DNA of 64,000 nucleotides from Eledone cirrhosa (Eukaryota), in contig OZ024741.1 of NCBI GenBank assembly GCA_964016885.1, positions 226,486,001 to 226,550,000 of the forward strand, in the 5' to 3' direction. The notes beneath the pieces were generated by a model. It did no database searches, was not told the origin of the DNA, and saw only the letters and a list, made by a program, of their open reading frames with translations. A program made the translations under genes and the position numbers. This document shows positions 42,843 through 56,384 of the stretch, in pieces; within the stretch, counting starts at the first letter, position 1, and each line of letters begins with the position of its first letter.

Positions 42843-43957
42843 AATGTTCGTCAGAATGTTGTAATTTAGACAGCCAGGCATACAGACAGATATTATAAGA
42901 GCGCGACGGAGAAGGATAACCGGCGCCTAACACCCCTTTAACAACAGATAATTGGAAAATAAAAGCTGTAGTTAATATCTTTAGACCGCAAGGAATATAT
43001 AAATGCAAGTTTGAAGTCAATCGGAGTAGAAATGTGGATTTGTATAGACTTTGCAAAAATGAGGACACATACACACAGACAACTACAGTTATATATATAT
43101 AGATAGCTTAATCAACACATAATAAAGTTGATATAAAGCAAGACGACAAAGAAATAACCGGAAATGGATAGTTAGAAATCAGAGTTGAAAATTAGACACA
43201 GCGTGAACCACCTTCATGTACCACAAATGCAACTGTATAAATAATCCCTTCAACAACACCTGAAACTGGAGTAATTGGTAAACACATTGTGTAGACTATA
43301 ATGCTAGCCCCATTGATACCAAACCGTTATAACCGCCAACGATTCTAAACTACAAAACTATTTGTTTTATAGTATTTATTTATTTAAAACCCTTCTATCA
43401 TACTTTTACTAAAGAACTTCTGTCAATTATAGTTCCCAAGACCAGCTTTATAACAATAAAATTAGATACAGTACTAAATCCGTCCAAATTCTTGATTATT
43501 TTCAATATTATTTTAAAATCGTAGACTGTGTATTTCATTAGAAATATAATAACAAAATGGTTAAAATGAAAAGAATTTCAGTTTTACCACAATGGAATTG
43601 TAAATCAACACTGCAAGTTAAAGAACCACATTTCAAATATATAATGCTTCTACTACTTCTACCGTTTGAATCGTGGAATTGTCCCTTCCAATTTGTGTAA
43701 CATATATAGTTTAATCAGTTGCTCTCAGATAAAGCGTAGTGTCAACTGAAACACTGTGATCTTGGTTAATTGTCCTGTTCCATAGTTTGATATCTACACA
43801 ACAATTAACACAGATTTGTAAACCTTACTTGCCGAAATAACTTTAAAAATACCTAACGTTGAGCAATATTTTTCCTTCTTCGCTTAATTATTTTTAATCA
43901 GCGTATTTTTATGTTCCCAACATTAGATGCATTAACATTAATTTAATTATTAAAAAA

Positions 43958-44150
43958 GGGCGGTGGAATGGCAGTATCGGTAGAGAGTCGGACGCCATGC
44001 TTTGAAGCATAGAGTTACGTCCCTTTATGATCTGAGTTCAAATCCCGCCGAGGTTAACTTTGCCTTTCATCCTTACGGGGTCGATAAAATAAAGTACCAG
44101 TAATGCACTGGTTAATTGCTGGCCTTGTGCCAAAAGTAGAAACAATTAAT
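43958..44150 (+). mobile_element. Full-length tRNA-derived Nin-domain SINE
   Basis: GGCGGTGGAATGGCAGTATCGG (A box), GAGTTCAAATCC (B box), Nin domain, tail. Confidence 0.92.
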
Positions 44151-45011
44151 TTAATTATTGTTTTAATGCAAATGTCCTCATCTAAACAGAAAGAGGACCA
44201 CTGGTATTTATTTTATCTACTTCTGATAGATGAAATAAGAAAAAACTCTCCTCTAAGGTTTTTGATCTTTAAGTCACAAAAATATGAGACAAATGCAATT
44301 ATGTCAGCTGTCTAATTCACCGCTCTTTGGCCGCTGAAATAATACTGTGTTCTTTAGTGAACACTAAAGAATTCTTAGTAGTAACATAATCTTTGGAAAT
44401 CGACTCAGTACCACATTGGTATGTCGACTCTAGAGAAAGAAAAATTGAACTACAGCATTTAATATAATTCAGAATATCAGTGAGTCAAAACTAAATAGAA
44501 ATTGACATTTAGTCCGAAATTCTAAGTGTTTCTGTCACACGAGAAAACAAATATCAAATATATAAATAAATAACATTGTCCCAACTCTCAGATTTAACTG
44601 ATTCTTGGCTTCTTTCCAATGGCAATGTTGTACTCGTACCATGTTACTTATATGGAGACTAGTTCACAAAAATGACGAAAGAGCGCTATTGGCAGGAATG
44701 TGATGCAAACAGATTCAAAGACGACGTATTGCTTAATGTGGTAGTATTAATTTTAAGTAAAAAAAATATTACAAATTGCTTCCCAACAGGGAAATTGAGT
44801 TAACTCCGGGAAATTGTACATTAAACTTATTCAAGAATATATCATGGTAATAGAAAAGATGAAGAGAAGAAAATCTACAAAGTTTCCATCTACAAAGTGT
44901 TTTCAGCGTTTTGAAGAGGAAAATAATTAACTACATAAAGTAGAAAAATAGTTTAGAAGTGTATGTATATATACATACAAAACATTTCAATCATGTGTAT
45001 ATATATACACA

Positions 45012-45061
<50 letters not shown>

Positions 45062-45194
45062 AATCTGGCTGATCAGTGGAGGTCTGCTAATATGCAGATC
45101 TGACTGATCAGCCAGTCTGCTAATATGCAAATCGGGCCGATCAGTCACTGTATATTTCAGAAAATATCATATATTTTCACTAGCTCTGACAGTT

Positions 45195-45271
45195 GGCAGG
45201 TAAACAGTATATTGAACTGACGAAGGGTAATTACCCAGAAACATTAGTGTCTGCAGTTCTGTTTACATGTC
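45195..45271 (+). ncRNA. Type I hammerhead ribozyme preceded by tandem octamers and a TATA-like box
   Basis: GGCAgGTAAACAG..TTGAA-CTGACGA-aGGGT aatt ACCCa-GAAA-CATTAGTG-TC-TGCAG..CTGTTTACaTGTC; ATGCAAAT at 45057 and 45125. Confidence 0.8.
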
Positions 45272-45439
45272 AACACAAGAGCAAGAATGACGGGGTCCTT
45301 GTACTGACATGGCTTTAAAGAGATTGTTTGCATGATTGCAAACGAATCGAATATTATTATTAATATTCGCAAAACTCAAATTACATTTATTGTTTTGATC
45401 CATGTAGAGCGATGAATTATCTGTTATGTATATATATAC

Positions 45440-45478
<39 letters not shown>

Positions 45479-45589
45479 TTTGATCACATTGACCGACCAG
45501 TCTGTCGGGCGCCATTCGGCGCCGCTGGTCACAGCACGTGCTGTTTTAGCCATACGATGACGCCATCCCACTGGCTGGGCAGGCAGGCC

Positions 45590-45880
45590 GTAAGTCTAAA
45601 GTCTGTCTTTAGCCAGAAGGCTCATTTGGCTGGTGCTTATCCCGTTTCATGGCATGAAGCGACTGAGAGTACAAGACACCCCCCTGGAGAGGACACCAGT
45701 CCATCGCAGGGTTAAACCTCCAGCTATTACTGGTACTCATTTTCAGCTGAGTAAACTGGAGCAACGTGAAATAAAGTGTCTTGCTCAAGGAAACACCACA
45801 TCACCCGGTCCGAGAATTGAATTCACAACCTTTCAATTGCAAGCCTACTGCTCTAACCACTAAGCCATGCGCCTTCACAC
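45590..45880 (-). mobile_element. tRNA-derived SINE with CORE-like and V/Meta-like central domains
   Basis: TGGCTTAGTGG A box; CCTTGAGCAAGACACTT (CORE-like); AACCTGCGATGGACTGG..TCCAGGGG. Confidence 0.8.
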
Positions 45881-45907
45881 ACACTCAAATATATATAAAT
45901 ATATAAT

Positions 45908-46725
45908 TATATATATAGTGTATTTTGCAATACACTGTATGCTTAATTAAAAGCATTTCGAAGACCTTATGCTATTGTTTTAGAGTAGTGACAGTCTCAC
46001 TTACTTTAATTTTCAGCAAACAGGGGAGATAAAGCTGACAGAGCTTTGTTTCGCATTTTGTTATGCTTATCAAAGCTAACTACTCCACCTGTTTGCTGAA
46101 AATCATAAATGTTTGATTTTTATAGAATTCTAGTAAAATTCAGGAACTGATTATACAGAGCGGTTGCCGATCAAGCAGAAGTTGAAAATTAGAATTGGTG
46201 CTCTGAAATAGCGATATATATATATGAATGTATATATAGTGTATTTTGCAATACACTGTATGGTTAATTAAAAGCATTTCGAAGAATTATTTCAGAGTAG
46301 TGACAGTCTCACTTACTTTAATTTTCAGCAAACAGGGGAGATAAAACTGACAGAGCTCTGTTTCGCATTTTTTTATGCTTATCGAAGCTAACTACTACTC
46401 CTGTTTGCTGAAAATCATGAATTTTGATTCTTATAGAATTCTAGTAAATAATCAGGAACTGATTATACAGAGCGCTTGCCGGTCAAGCCGAAATTGAAAA
46501 TTAGAATTGGTGCTCTGAAATAGCGATATATATATGTATGTATATATAGTGTATTTTGCAATACACTGTAGCCTTAATTAAAAGCATTTCGAAGACCTTA
46601 TGCTATTGTTTTAGACTAGTGACAGTCTCACTTACTTTAATTTTCAGCAAATAGGGGAGATAAAGCTGACAGAGCTCTATATATACATTCATATATATAT
46701 CGCTATTTCAGAGCACCAATTCTAA
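45908..46725 (-). mobile_element. Tandem array of about 315-bp units (about 2.4 copies) each with a hammerhead: non-LTR retrozyme-like
   Basis: Units at about 45910, 46229, 46541; HHRs at 46033-46077 and 46345-46389; short inverted end 46678-46725. Confidence 0.88.
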
Positions 46726-46779
46726 TATATATATATATACACACACACACACATACACATATATATATATCAAGAGATG

Positions 46780-47753
46780 GCAACATGAATGAACAGGTAA
46801 TTTTTCTCTAAAAAGTGTTTTCCGATTCCGCCCTGCCCCTCACCTCAATCTTTCTAATTTCACTTTCTTTCTTCTATTGAAGGACTAGCATCCAAACGGT
46901 AAGCCCTCTTCCTACTATTTCAAGCGTTATACTAATACATTCCTTCAATATACTGTACTGTTTCTGTTGTTATTTCTGTTTACTTTCTACACACAAACAC
47001 AATGCTTTTAAGTGCGCCCGCAACCACCGCGACCTCCTGGTTCGCAGTTCCTTCGCGTCTTCTCCCACGACTCCACCCGGCTCTCATTCTTGTTCTCGTC
47101 CCCGCTGTAACACTGGTCCCTTCATTTCCAACCTCACCATGCTCACAGGCCCTAACGGGTCTTTCCGTATCCGCTACTCTTTCACTTGCATATCCACGCA
47201 CGTTGTCTATGCCCTCCGGTGTTCCCTTTGCGGGTGTTTATACATCGGACAAACGGCACGCCGTATGGCGGACGGTTTTACTGAGCATTTGAAGGACATA
47301 CGATTCGGTTTGGATACTCCTGTCGCCCGTCATTTCTTTTCTGGTCATTCTTCCCAACATGTTTCAGTCCTGGGTGTCCTTTTACATCATGGATCCCAGG
47401 CTTCACGCACCAAGACTAAACAAAGTCTGATTCACCTCCTTGGGTCCTATTCCCCTCTTGGACTCAACTCACCTCCCCGATTTCTCTAATACCCCGTCCA
47501 TTATCACACGCACTTGTACATTCACCTCTAGATTCCTATCGCTCTCTCTTGATCATTAACAACTTCTCTTACAACTAATACAGGCCGACTATATATGCTC
47601 ACTCCACTTTTCTTTTCACAACTCTGTATACACACATACACACCCTTATATTAACACACTTTTGCTCATACTTTCATACTTACATGCACACTCTTTTACT
47701 TACATATACACACACATTTCCTCTTAGATTCGTACGGACGTATAATAACACAC

Positions 47754-47831
<78 letters not shown>

Positions 47832-48200
47832 ACGCACACACACGCTTATGCACGTGCACAAGTATAGCTCTTTTTACAAAACGGTTTTTTTTTCCATTTC
47901 AGGTAGACGCGCGCCATCATCCACTTTTCTAAAAAACAAATCATACACAAAACGCCACCACCCACAGTTTTGCAAGGGATATTAACATGAATTGACCAGT
48001 TATTTTTATCTAAAGAGATTTTTTTTCCAATTCCAGCCCTAGTCACCTCAATCTATCTAATTTCTCATTCTTTCTTCTGATGAATGACTAGCGCCCGAAT
48101 CGTTAAGACCCTCTTCCTGCTATATCAAGCATTAACCTAATAACCTAATATATCCCTTCCATATACTGTACCGATTGTGTTGTTATTTCTGTTTACCTTA
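46780..48200 (+). mobile_element. Penelope-like fragment (Neptune-type) flanked by direct pLTRs
   Basis: Direct repeats 46785-46985 and 47985-48197 with HHR relic TCTT-CTGATGA..GAAT-CG-TT-AAGA, enclosing a GIY-YIG ORF. Confidence 0.85.
47139..47489 (+). pseudogene. GIY-YIG endonuclease domain of a Penelope-like element
   Basis: FTCISTHVVYALRCSLCGCLYIGQT.R...FTEH...PVARHF...GLN. Confidence 0.9.
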
Positions 48201-48240
48201 TATATGTGAGAAAAACCACAGACCCGCCATCTCAACTCAC

Positions 48241-48277
48241 CTTTTGAAAAGCAGAAGAACTGCGAAACCGGTAAAGG
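48241..48277 (+). ncRNA. Minimal hammerhead with U3-A8 core
   Basis: CCTT-TTGAAAA-GCAG aagaa CTGC-GAAA-CCGG-TA-AAGG. Confidence 0.6.
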
Positions 48278-48408
48278 AACCAAATAAATATATATATTTT
48301 TAAAAAAAATAAGACTTCAGTTGCATTTTCAATTTCATCTCTTTTTCTTTATACTTTCACTCGTGTAGGACACCTCGGTTATTTTTCATTTTGTAAAAAA
48401 AACCTCAC

Positions 48409-48452
<44 letters not shown>

Positions 48453-48489
48453 TACACAAATATCAAAGTTATGTTCAAATCATTTAATC

Positions 48490-48534
48490 GCTGACAATTG
48501 TTTCTTCCAAACTTTAGTTTGGAGTCATCGGAGC
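48490..48534 (-). ncRNA. Minimal hammerhead, C4 core variant
   Basis: GCT-CCGATGA-cTCCAAACT aa AGTTTGGAa-GAAA-CAATTG-TC-AGC. Confidence 0.75.
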
Positions 48535-49919
48535 ATTATCAATGTTTGTACATATAATTAACCTCCTATTCAACTGAACAATCATATAGATACATATATA
48601 TTGATGTTGTGAACAACAGTTTAGTATTTACAGGGTGTAATGGATGCGACATATATTATACGAGAATTGTACAATAATTCAAATTCAAATTAAAAGCACA
48701 GAGTGGAATACATGCGACAGATAATACAAGAGAATAGTCTAATAATTAAAGAGGCATTGAGAAAGAAGTACACATTCAAGCGTGTAGAGAGTGCACATGC
48801 GTAAGTCATATATATGAGAAGGAAACAAGCAAAGGTATTAGGCATATATACTGTATGGCAAGGTATTACATAAAATACGAGCACTTTAAGCGAATATGTT
48901 AGTGTATTATGGAGGATGTAATGCGATGACAGTTTCTGTAGAGTTCAAATGTGTATGTTATAGCTACTGTCACTCAGAGAGTGGGATTGGATCAGTGCAC
49001 AGTCTTTCCTAACTCTAAAAAAAGCATTACGCACAGGCATTGCACGATAGAATTAATTAATAATTATTAATAATGGTATATCATGCAATGGCCATACTCG
49101 ATAACGAGGGGGCAGCCATCATGCATGTATGTACGTACGTAAATATGAATACATGTGTATGTACGTAGGTAGGTACGGAAATATGTGTATATGGATGTAT
49201 GTATGTATGTATGTATGTATGTATGTATGTATGTATGTATGTATGTATGTATGTATGTATGTATGTATATATGTATGTACGTAAATATGTATGCACGTGT
49301 GTATGTACGTATGTAAGTACGGAAATATGTGTATATGTATGTATGTATGCCTGTATGTATATGTATATATATTCTTCAACGAAATAAAGAAAAGTATGTC
49401 CAAATAGATCAGTCAGAAATATTTAGTATAGTTACGGTTTCATCGAAACTGGAATTCTTCACACCTGAAGCAGAATTAAATTTCTTTAACATCACGTGAG
49501 ATCTAATGAACTGTTCTGTAAGAAGTCCAAAAATTCGGTTATTTGTGGATGGTGTACATAGGAAGTATCGGACTGGAGAACGGAAAGTAAGATGTGTGTG
49601 TGCACGTATGTGTGTGTGCACATTTGTGTGTGTGCACGTATGTGTGTGCACGTATGTGTGCATACATAAATACATAGATATATCTCTAGATACGTACATA
49701 ACACGTACTTACACGCTCGTTCATGTATACATACATAAATATATATATTCATCCATTTCAAGAAAAAACTATAAGTGGTCGAGTATATAACACCCTCAGT
49801 TACGTTTTTGTTTGTGGTTGTTTGGTGGATAAACTTAACTTCTGATGAAAATCCAACTAGGTTTGAACATTAATGGTGTATGTATATATATATGTATGTA
49901 TGTACGTACGTGTGTATGT

Positions 49920-50400
49920 TTCCTCTTTATCTAATTTCGAGAACATTTTTGACTGGTCAGCTTCCTGGTGGTAAGGTTGTAAAAGAAAAGAAATTGTCAT
50001 CCCCTGAATCGCAAGAATCTTTTGCAAATTTTGAAGGTGCCAGCTAATCTATGGATTAGGGAGCTGCCTTCTTTGTACACAAATCTATGTTCAGTCATAC
50101 TTTGGTCCAAGCGGGTTGGTATATAACCTGTAACTCCAATAATGATGGGTATGAAGCTGAAGGTGTATCTTGAATACTGGATCTACAAACTCCTCATCAA
50201 TGGTCCGTAGATGTCCTCCTTCTCCTGTATTTTTCTTACAACGTTGACATCAAGTGGGCAGTTGATCTTTAAAACAGAGCACGTTTTCAATGTGCGACCC
50301 CAAACAACTATATCACACCGGTTGCGCTTTAATTTAGCAGCAGTTTTTCTTTTCAGGTTCCACCAGTATTCATTAGTGCCATCTATCTCAAGATATTTCT
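49920..50400 (-). mobile_element. R4 LINE 3' fragment between (TATG)n tracts
   Basis: EYWWNLK..DIVVW..CPLDVNVVRKIQEKEDIYGPL and 3' UTR matching 35220-35900. Confidence 0.88.
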
Positions 50401-50474
50401 GCTGTATGTATGTATGTATGTATGTATGTATGTATGTATGTATGTATGTATGTATGTATGTATGTATGTATAGA

Positions 50475-50840
50475 AAACTCTGATATAACACCTGCGACTC
50501 TGATGGTATCCAATGATGTTGACTTGTTCTTCTTTTTGGTAAATATCATCTTGGTTAAGAGAGTGGGACTGCTCTTTGTGCAGTGCCTTTGCTCAGTATA
50601 AAAAGCTTCACGGCACAGGCATTGCTTTATATCTGGAGATCTCTCTCCACTTGTCGTCACATGGTACCATGGGCCCAGCACTATGGGTCAATAATTGTCA
50701 CAAGTGTAGTGTTTATACCAGAGTTTTCAAGTCGCTGGTTGGACTAAAAAGTCACACTCATTCAGCGCATCGTTAGGGATTCTCCTACATGGATATAAAG
50801 TAGTGGCCGTACTCGGAAACGAGTTGGCAGCCACCACCAT
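50475..50840 (+). mobile_element. Non-autonomous LINE-derived element (truncated copy of 53280-53892)
   Basis: Starts GAAAACTCTGAT, ends GGCAGCCACC plus (ATGT)n. Confidence 0.8.
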
Positions 50841-50877
50841 GTATGTATGTATGTATGTATGTATGTATGTATGTATG

Positions 50878-53247
50878 TTATCTCTTTCTCTTAATTTCGA
50901 GTATATTTTTGACCGGCCACCTTCCTGGTGGCAAGGCTGTAAAAGAAAAGAAATTGTCATCCCTTGAATCGCAAGAATGTCTTGCAAATTTTGAAGGTGC
51001 CAGCTATCGCAGCCATTTGTAGACTATGTATTAGGGAGCTGTGCTCTTTGTCCGCAAATCCAGGTTCAGTTATACATTGGTCCAAGCGGGTTGGTATATA
51101 ACCCGTAGCTCCAATAATGATGGGTAAGAAGCTAAAGGTGTATCTTGGATACTGGATTTGTAAACTCCTCGTCAATGGTCCGTAGATGTCCTCCTTCTGT
51201 ATTTTTCTGACAACGTTTACACAAGTGGGCAGCTGATCTCCACAACAGAACACGTTTTCAATGTGTGGTCCCAAACAACAATATCAGGCCGGTTGTGCTT
51301 TAATTTGGTGGCGTTTTTATTTTCAGGTTCCATCAGTATTCCTTAGTGCCATCTGTCTCAATATATTCTTCCCCATTTGTTTTCAATTTTGTTTTCCGAA
51401 GTGCGTTCCAGGCGGTTCTAGCTATCACATCGTGTCTCATGGTGAGGTAGTAGCGAGATAATATTCTTTCGCAGCTGGCTTACATCTTCGATCTTTGTTT
51501 TACATAGCCTGCATTTATTGTCAGCTGATGGCCCTCCTCTTTTGTGCAGCAGATATTTTATAGGGTGTTCTTGTTCCTGTATTGCATAGAGATATCCCTC
51601 AAGGCGTGATGTCATAAACTTGTCGGAACTCCATGCCAGGCTTTTTGAGTGGTTTATCCCCTCTATGGTCTGTGTTTTACGTCTCAAGTATCCGTGCACA
51701 ACTTTTTCTGTAAATTGGTCAATTTTTTCATCTTGTTTGAACATTGAATAGGATCTTCCGATTTCTCTGGATGAGAGAGTTATATCAGGCTTTATTCGAT
51801 ATCTCTCCTCCAGATCAGTGGCTATCCTAATGATATTTTTTTCTTCATGCTCATAAACCTGGGCAAGATGGTTGCCAACCTTTTTCCTCTGTTGAAGATG
51901 TTGCTTCAGTGTTACTATCCGGATCTCATATGATGTTAATATGGATTTTAGACCCCAGCCACCTTCCTTGCGTGAGAAGTATAGCCTATCCACATCACCA
52001 TTGATGTTAAAGTTCCCAGTAACACTGAGAAGTTTGCGAGTTCTAACATCCATCTGACTTAGTTCTTGCAATGACCAGTTCAGTAGGCCAAATGTTGGCG
52101 TTAGAATTGGCACAGCATAAGCATAAGAGGAGGGCACATCTCTTCCACGTTTTACTGCCAAATATGCACACTTGGACTCACCAAATTTCATTTTGATGTC
52201 TGTTGAAAATTGCGCAATGAGGTCCAATTGTTTTTTGATGTCATTGATATTTGGACCATACAACTTCAGGTCATCAACAAAGAAAAGATGGGAGATACTT
52301 CTGGACCAACTTCTTTGTCCACCTTGTTTCCTGAGTAGGTAAGATAGTGGGTTTAGTGAGAGAACGAAGAGTAGCACTGACAAGCTATCACCCTGAAAGA
52401 TACCCTTCTGGTAATGTATCTTATCAGACTTAACTTGCTCATTCTTACCTCTAAGGATCAAATTGGAGTACCAGTTCTTGGTCAGACGTTCAACAGCAGC
52501 TACCAGTGGTTGTTGAACTTTGGCTAACTGTAAAGCCTTAATAATCCACCCATGAGGTACACTATCAAATGCTTTTTGATAGTCCAGCCACACCACAGTC
52601 ATGTTTCTGTGATTCTTTGTTGTTTTTTCTTGAATCATTTTATTAGTTACTAGGTGATCTATGCAACCCCACACCTCCCACTTTCCACCAGCTTTCTCAG
52701 GTGTTATTAAGTTGTTGGTAGTACAGTGATCCTGTAAGAACAGGTTAAGGCAGCCAGTATATAATTTATACATGATGTTGTGGCAGGCAATTGGGCGGTA
52801 ATTTTTAGCAAGGGTGGTTTGGCTATTTTGGGGAATGAGGAGAGTAGTGGCAGTTGATAACTATCTGGGCAGTTCTTGTGTGCCTTTAATGGTTTCTGTA
52901 AACAGCCGTATGAGATCTTGCCGATAGAAAGTGAAATTCTTCAACCAGTATCCTGTAATGAGGTCTGGGCCTGGTGATTTCCTATTCGACATTTTCTGTA
53001 GAGCTGTTTCCAGTATTGACCCATCTATGTCATATTGTTTTGTCTGGACATGTTGGCAGTAGTCCTGTTCCAGTTCTTTTATCCATTTAGTTTCTCTGTT
53101 GAATCCGTCATCCGTTCCCCATACAGATCTCCAGTAGCTCTCAACCTGTTCTTTTGAAGGGGTGTCGTTTACAGGGATTGAGCTTTTGCCACCGAAGCTG
53201 AGATAAACTTATTTAGGATCTCTGGCAAACAATCTATTTAGCACTTG
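50878..53247 (-). mobile_element. R4/Dong LINE, 5' truncated, same family as 35220-39403
   Basis: WLDYQKAFDSV, QGDSLS, FVDD, KCRLC; internal deletion near 52125; TATG tracts on both sides. Confidence 0.93.
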
Positions 53248-53279
53248 TCTGTCTGTATGTATATATGTATGTATGTATT

Positions 53280-53956
53280 ATGTCAGGTCACCAGTTGGTG
53301 CTACTGGTAACATGCATCCCAGTACAACCTGTATCATGGTCGGGTCGTTGGCGATTAAACTGGCAACCCCACCAAGGTTTCTTGGTGAGGAGGGTGGCTT
53401 TGGACATCCTGCAGGACTAAAAACAAAATCTGTCAAAGGGAAAAGGAGCTCTTAAGAGTCAATGGCCAACCAAAATCACCGAGAGAGATGACCCCTTAGC
53501 CTTTGTCAAGGCATAATTCTAGGAGAAGGAAAACTCTGATGTAACACCTGCAACCCTGATGATATCCAATGATGTTGACTTATTCTTCTTTTGGGGAATT
53601 ATCATCTTGGTTAAGAGAGTGGGACTGGCTTTGTGCAGTGCCTTTGCTCACTATAAAAGCTTCACGGCACAGGCACTGCTTTATATCTGGAGATCTCTCT
53701 GCACTTGTCGTCACATGGTACCAAGGACCCAGCACTATGTGTCAATAATTGTCACAAGTGTAGTGTTTTTTACCAGAGTCTTCAAGTTGCTGGCTGGACT
53801 AAACAGTCACACTCGTTCAGCGCTTCGGTAGGGGTTCTCCTACGTGGATATAAAGTAGTGGCCGCACTCGAAAACGTGTTGGCAGCCACCATGTATGTAA
53901 CCCAGTACAACCTGTCGCATGGTCGGGTCGTCGACGGCTAAACCGACAACCCCACA

Positions 53957-53957
<1 letters not shown>
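53280..53957 (+). mobile_element. Longest copy of the non-autonomous LINE-derived (possibly RTE-type) element plus a duplicated 5' module
   Basis: CTAGGAGAAGGAAAACTCTGA motif resembling RTE 5' UTRs, no ORF, 3' hairpin plus ATGT; 53895-53957 repeats 53312-53372. Confidence 0.7.
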
Positions 53958-54944
<987 letters not shown>

Positions 54945-55159
54945 AGATAGAGAGATATACACATACACATACATACACGTTAGTACCTAAGCATATACAC
55001 GTAAATACATCTGAATACGCTTATATATATTGCATCAGAATTCATCTATCGCATTTGAGATAAGACAACGGGAGAATTTTCGACATCCACCAAATCAAAG
55101 CCCATTGATTTTGACATAATAACACAATGTAGTCCTATACATACTTCTAAAAAGTAAGC

Positions 55160-55288
55160 GCTGCTTATGGTTATGTGGTTAATAAGTCACGTTGTCTAGG
55201 TTCAGTTTCACTGCATGACACCTGGGTTAAGTGTGTTCTACTATAATCTTGGTTGGAATTTGCTGGGCGGGAACTTAGAAGCCTGTCC

Positions 55289-55353
<65 letters not shown>

Positions 55354-55545
55354 AGAAGTAGAGGGAGAGAGAGAAAGGGAGAGACTTATGATCTGTAATT
55401 TGGCGGTTCAATAAAAATAGGACCCATAAACCAGCACCAAACTTGAAAAAATAAGTACTGGAGTAGATATGGTTGACTAAAATCAAACTGGTGCTCCAGT
55501 ATGGCCGTAGACTACTGACTGAAAAAAGTAAAAGAATAAAAGAAT
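55160..55545 (+). mobile_element. Decayed CORE-type SINE split by a microsatellite
   Basis: TGGTTATGTGG A box, GGTTCAGT B-box relic, GGTGCTCCAGTATGGCC..GTAAAAGAATAAAAGAA tail. Confidence 0.5.
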
Positions 55546-56322
55546 CAGAGTATTCTTTTTTAATGATGTTCAATATAGATTTCCTAGTGTTGTTGCTATG
55601 GTTATTGTTGTCATAGGTCTACTAAGTAGGCATATGACCAAAGGTGTTCTCGCTAAGATGGTCCGATTTTTTTATGTGTATGTAGTGCTACATTATCCCA
55701 CGTGCCCTTTCCTTGTTTATGACGGTTTTGTGTAGTCGAGCGAGAGTTGGTTACTGTTTTTAGCTGGTCTATCAACCACGTTGGGCTGACTCGCTTATTG
55801 GATTGATTAGGAGGGAGACTGACTGCTGCGTGGTGATTAAATGGTGGCTCTGTGAAGAAATTTCCAGTTTTACTCGCTTGTTGATGAATGGACAAGTTAA
55901 GTCTAAAATAACTATTTGATGTTTACATTGTATTTCCTCTGCTTTCGTGTCTTAAATATGAAACGTGTGAGCACAATTGCTGTGTTCTATGGAACAGTAG
56001 CGGCAAGAACTGTTGAGAAGATAGCGTTAGTTTTGAAATGGATCCTTTCAGACGCCTATACGACTGTCTCATCCGTAATTTACTACTTTCCCTATTGACA
56101 CATTGCACGATGCACTGGGAGATATTGTATTTTACTGGACACGACTGTGTATCACAAGAGTAGCATAATAGATCTTTGGAGTCTTGTTTGTTTGTAATAG
56201 TTCGATAAAGTGTTTATTTATGGCACTGAAAACTGTTTAGCGTGCTACGAAGCTAAACCATTCAGCTGTTAGATAGATAAATAGATAGATATATAGATAT
56301 GTTTCTTTATTAGCCACAGGAG

Positions 56323-56381
<59 letters not shown>

Positions 56382-56384
56382 GGA

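Noticed and set aside
43958-44050. tRNA genes
   Set aside because: A/B boxes belong to SINE heads; no cloverleaf or terminator.
46147-46220. Second, opposite-strand hammerhead in the 315-bp unit (ambisense, viroid-like)
   Set aside because: CTGATTA..AGAGC/GCTCT-GAAA is suggestive, but G8 is missing and no stem I forms.
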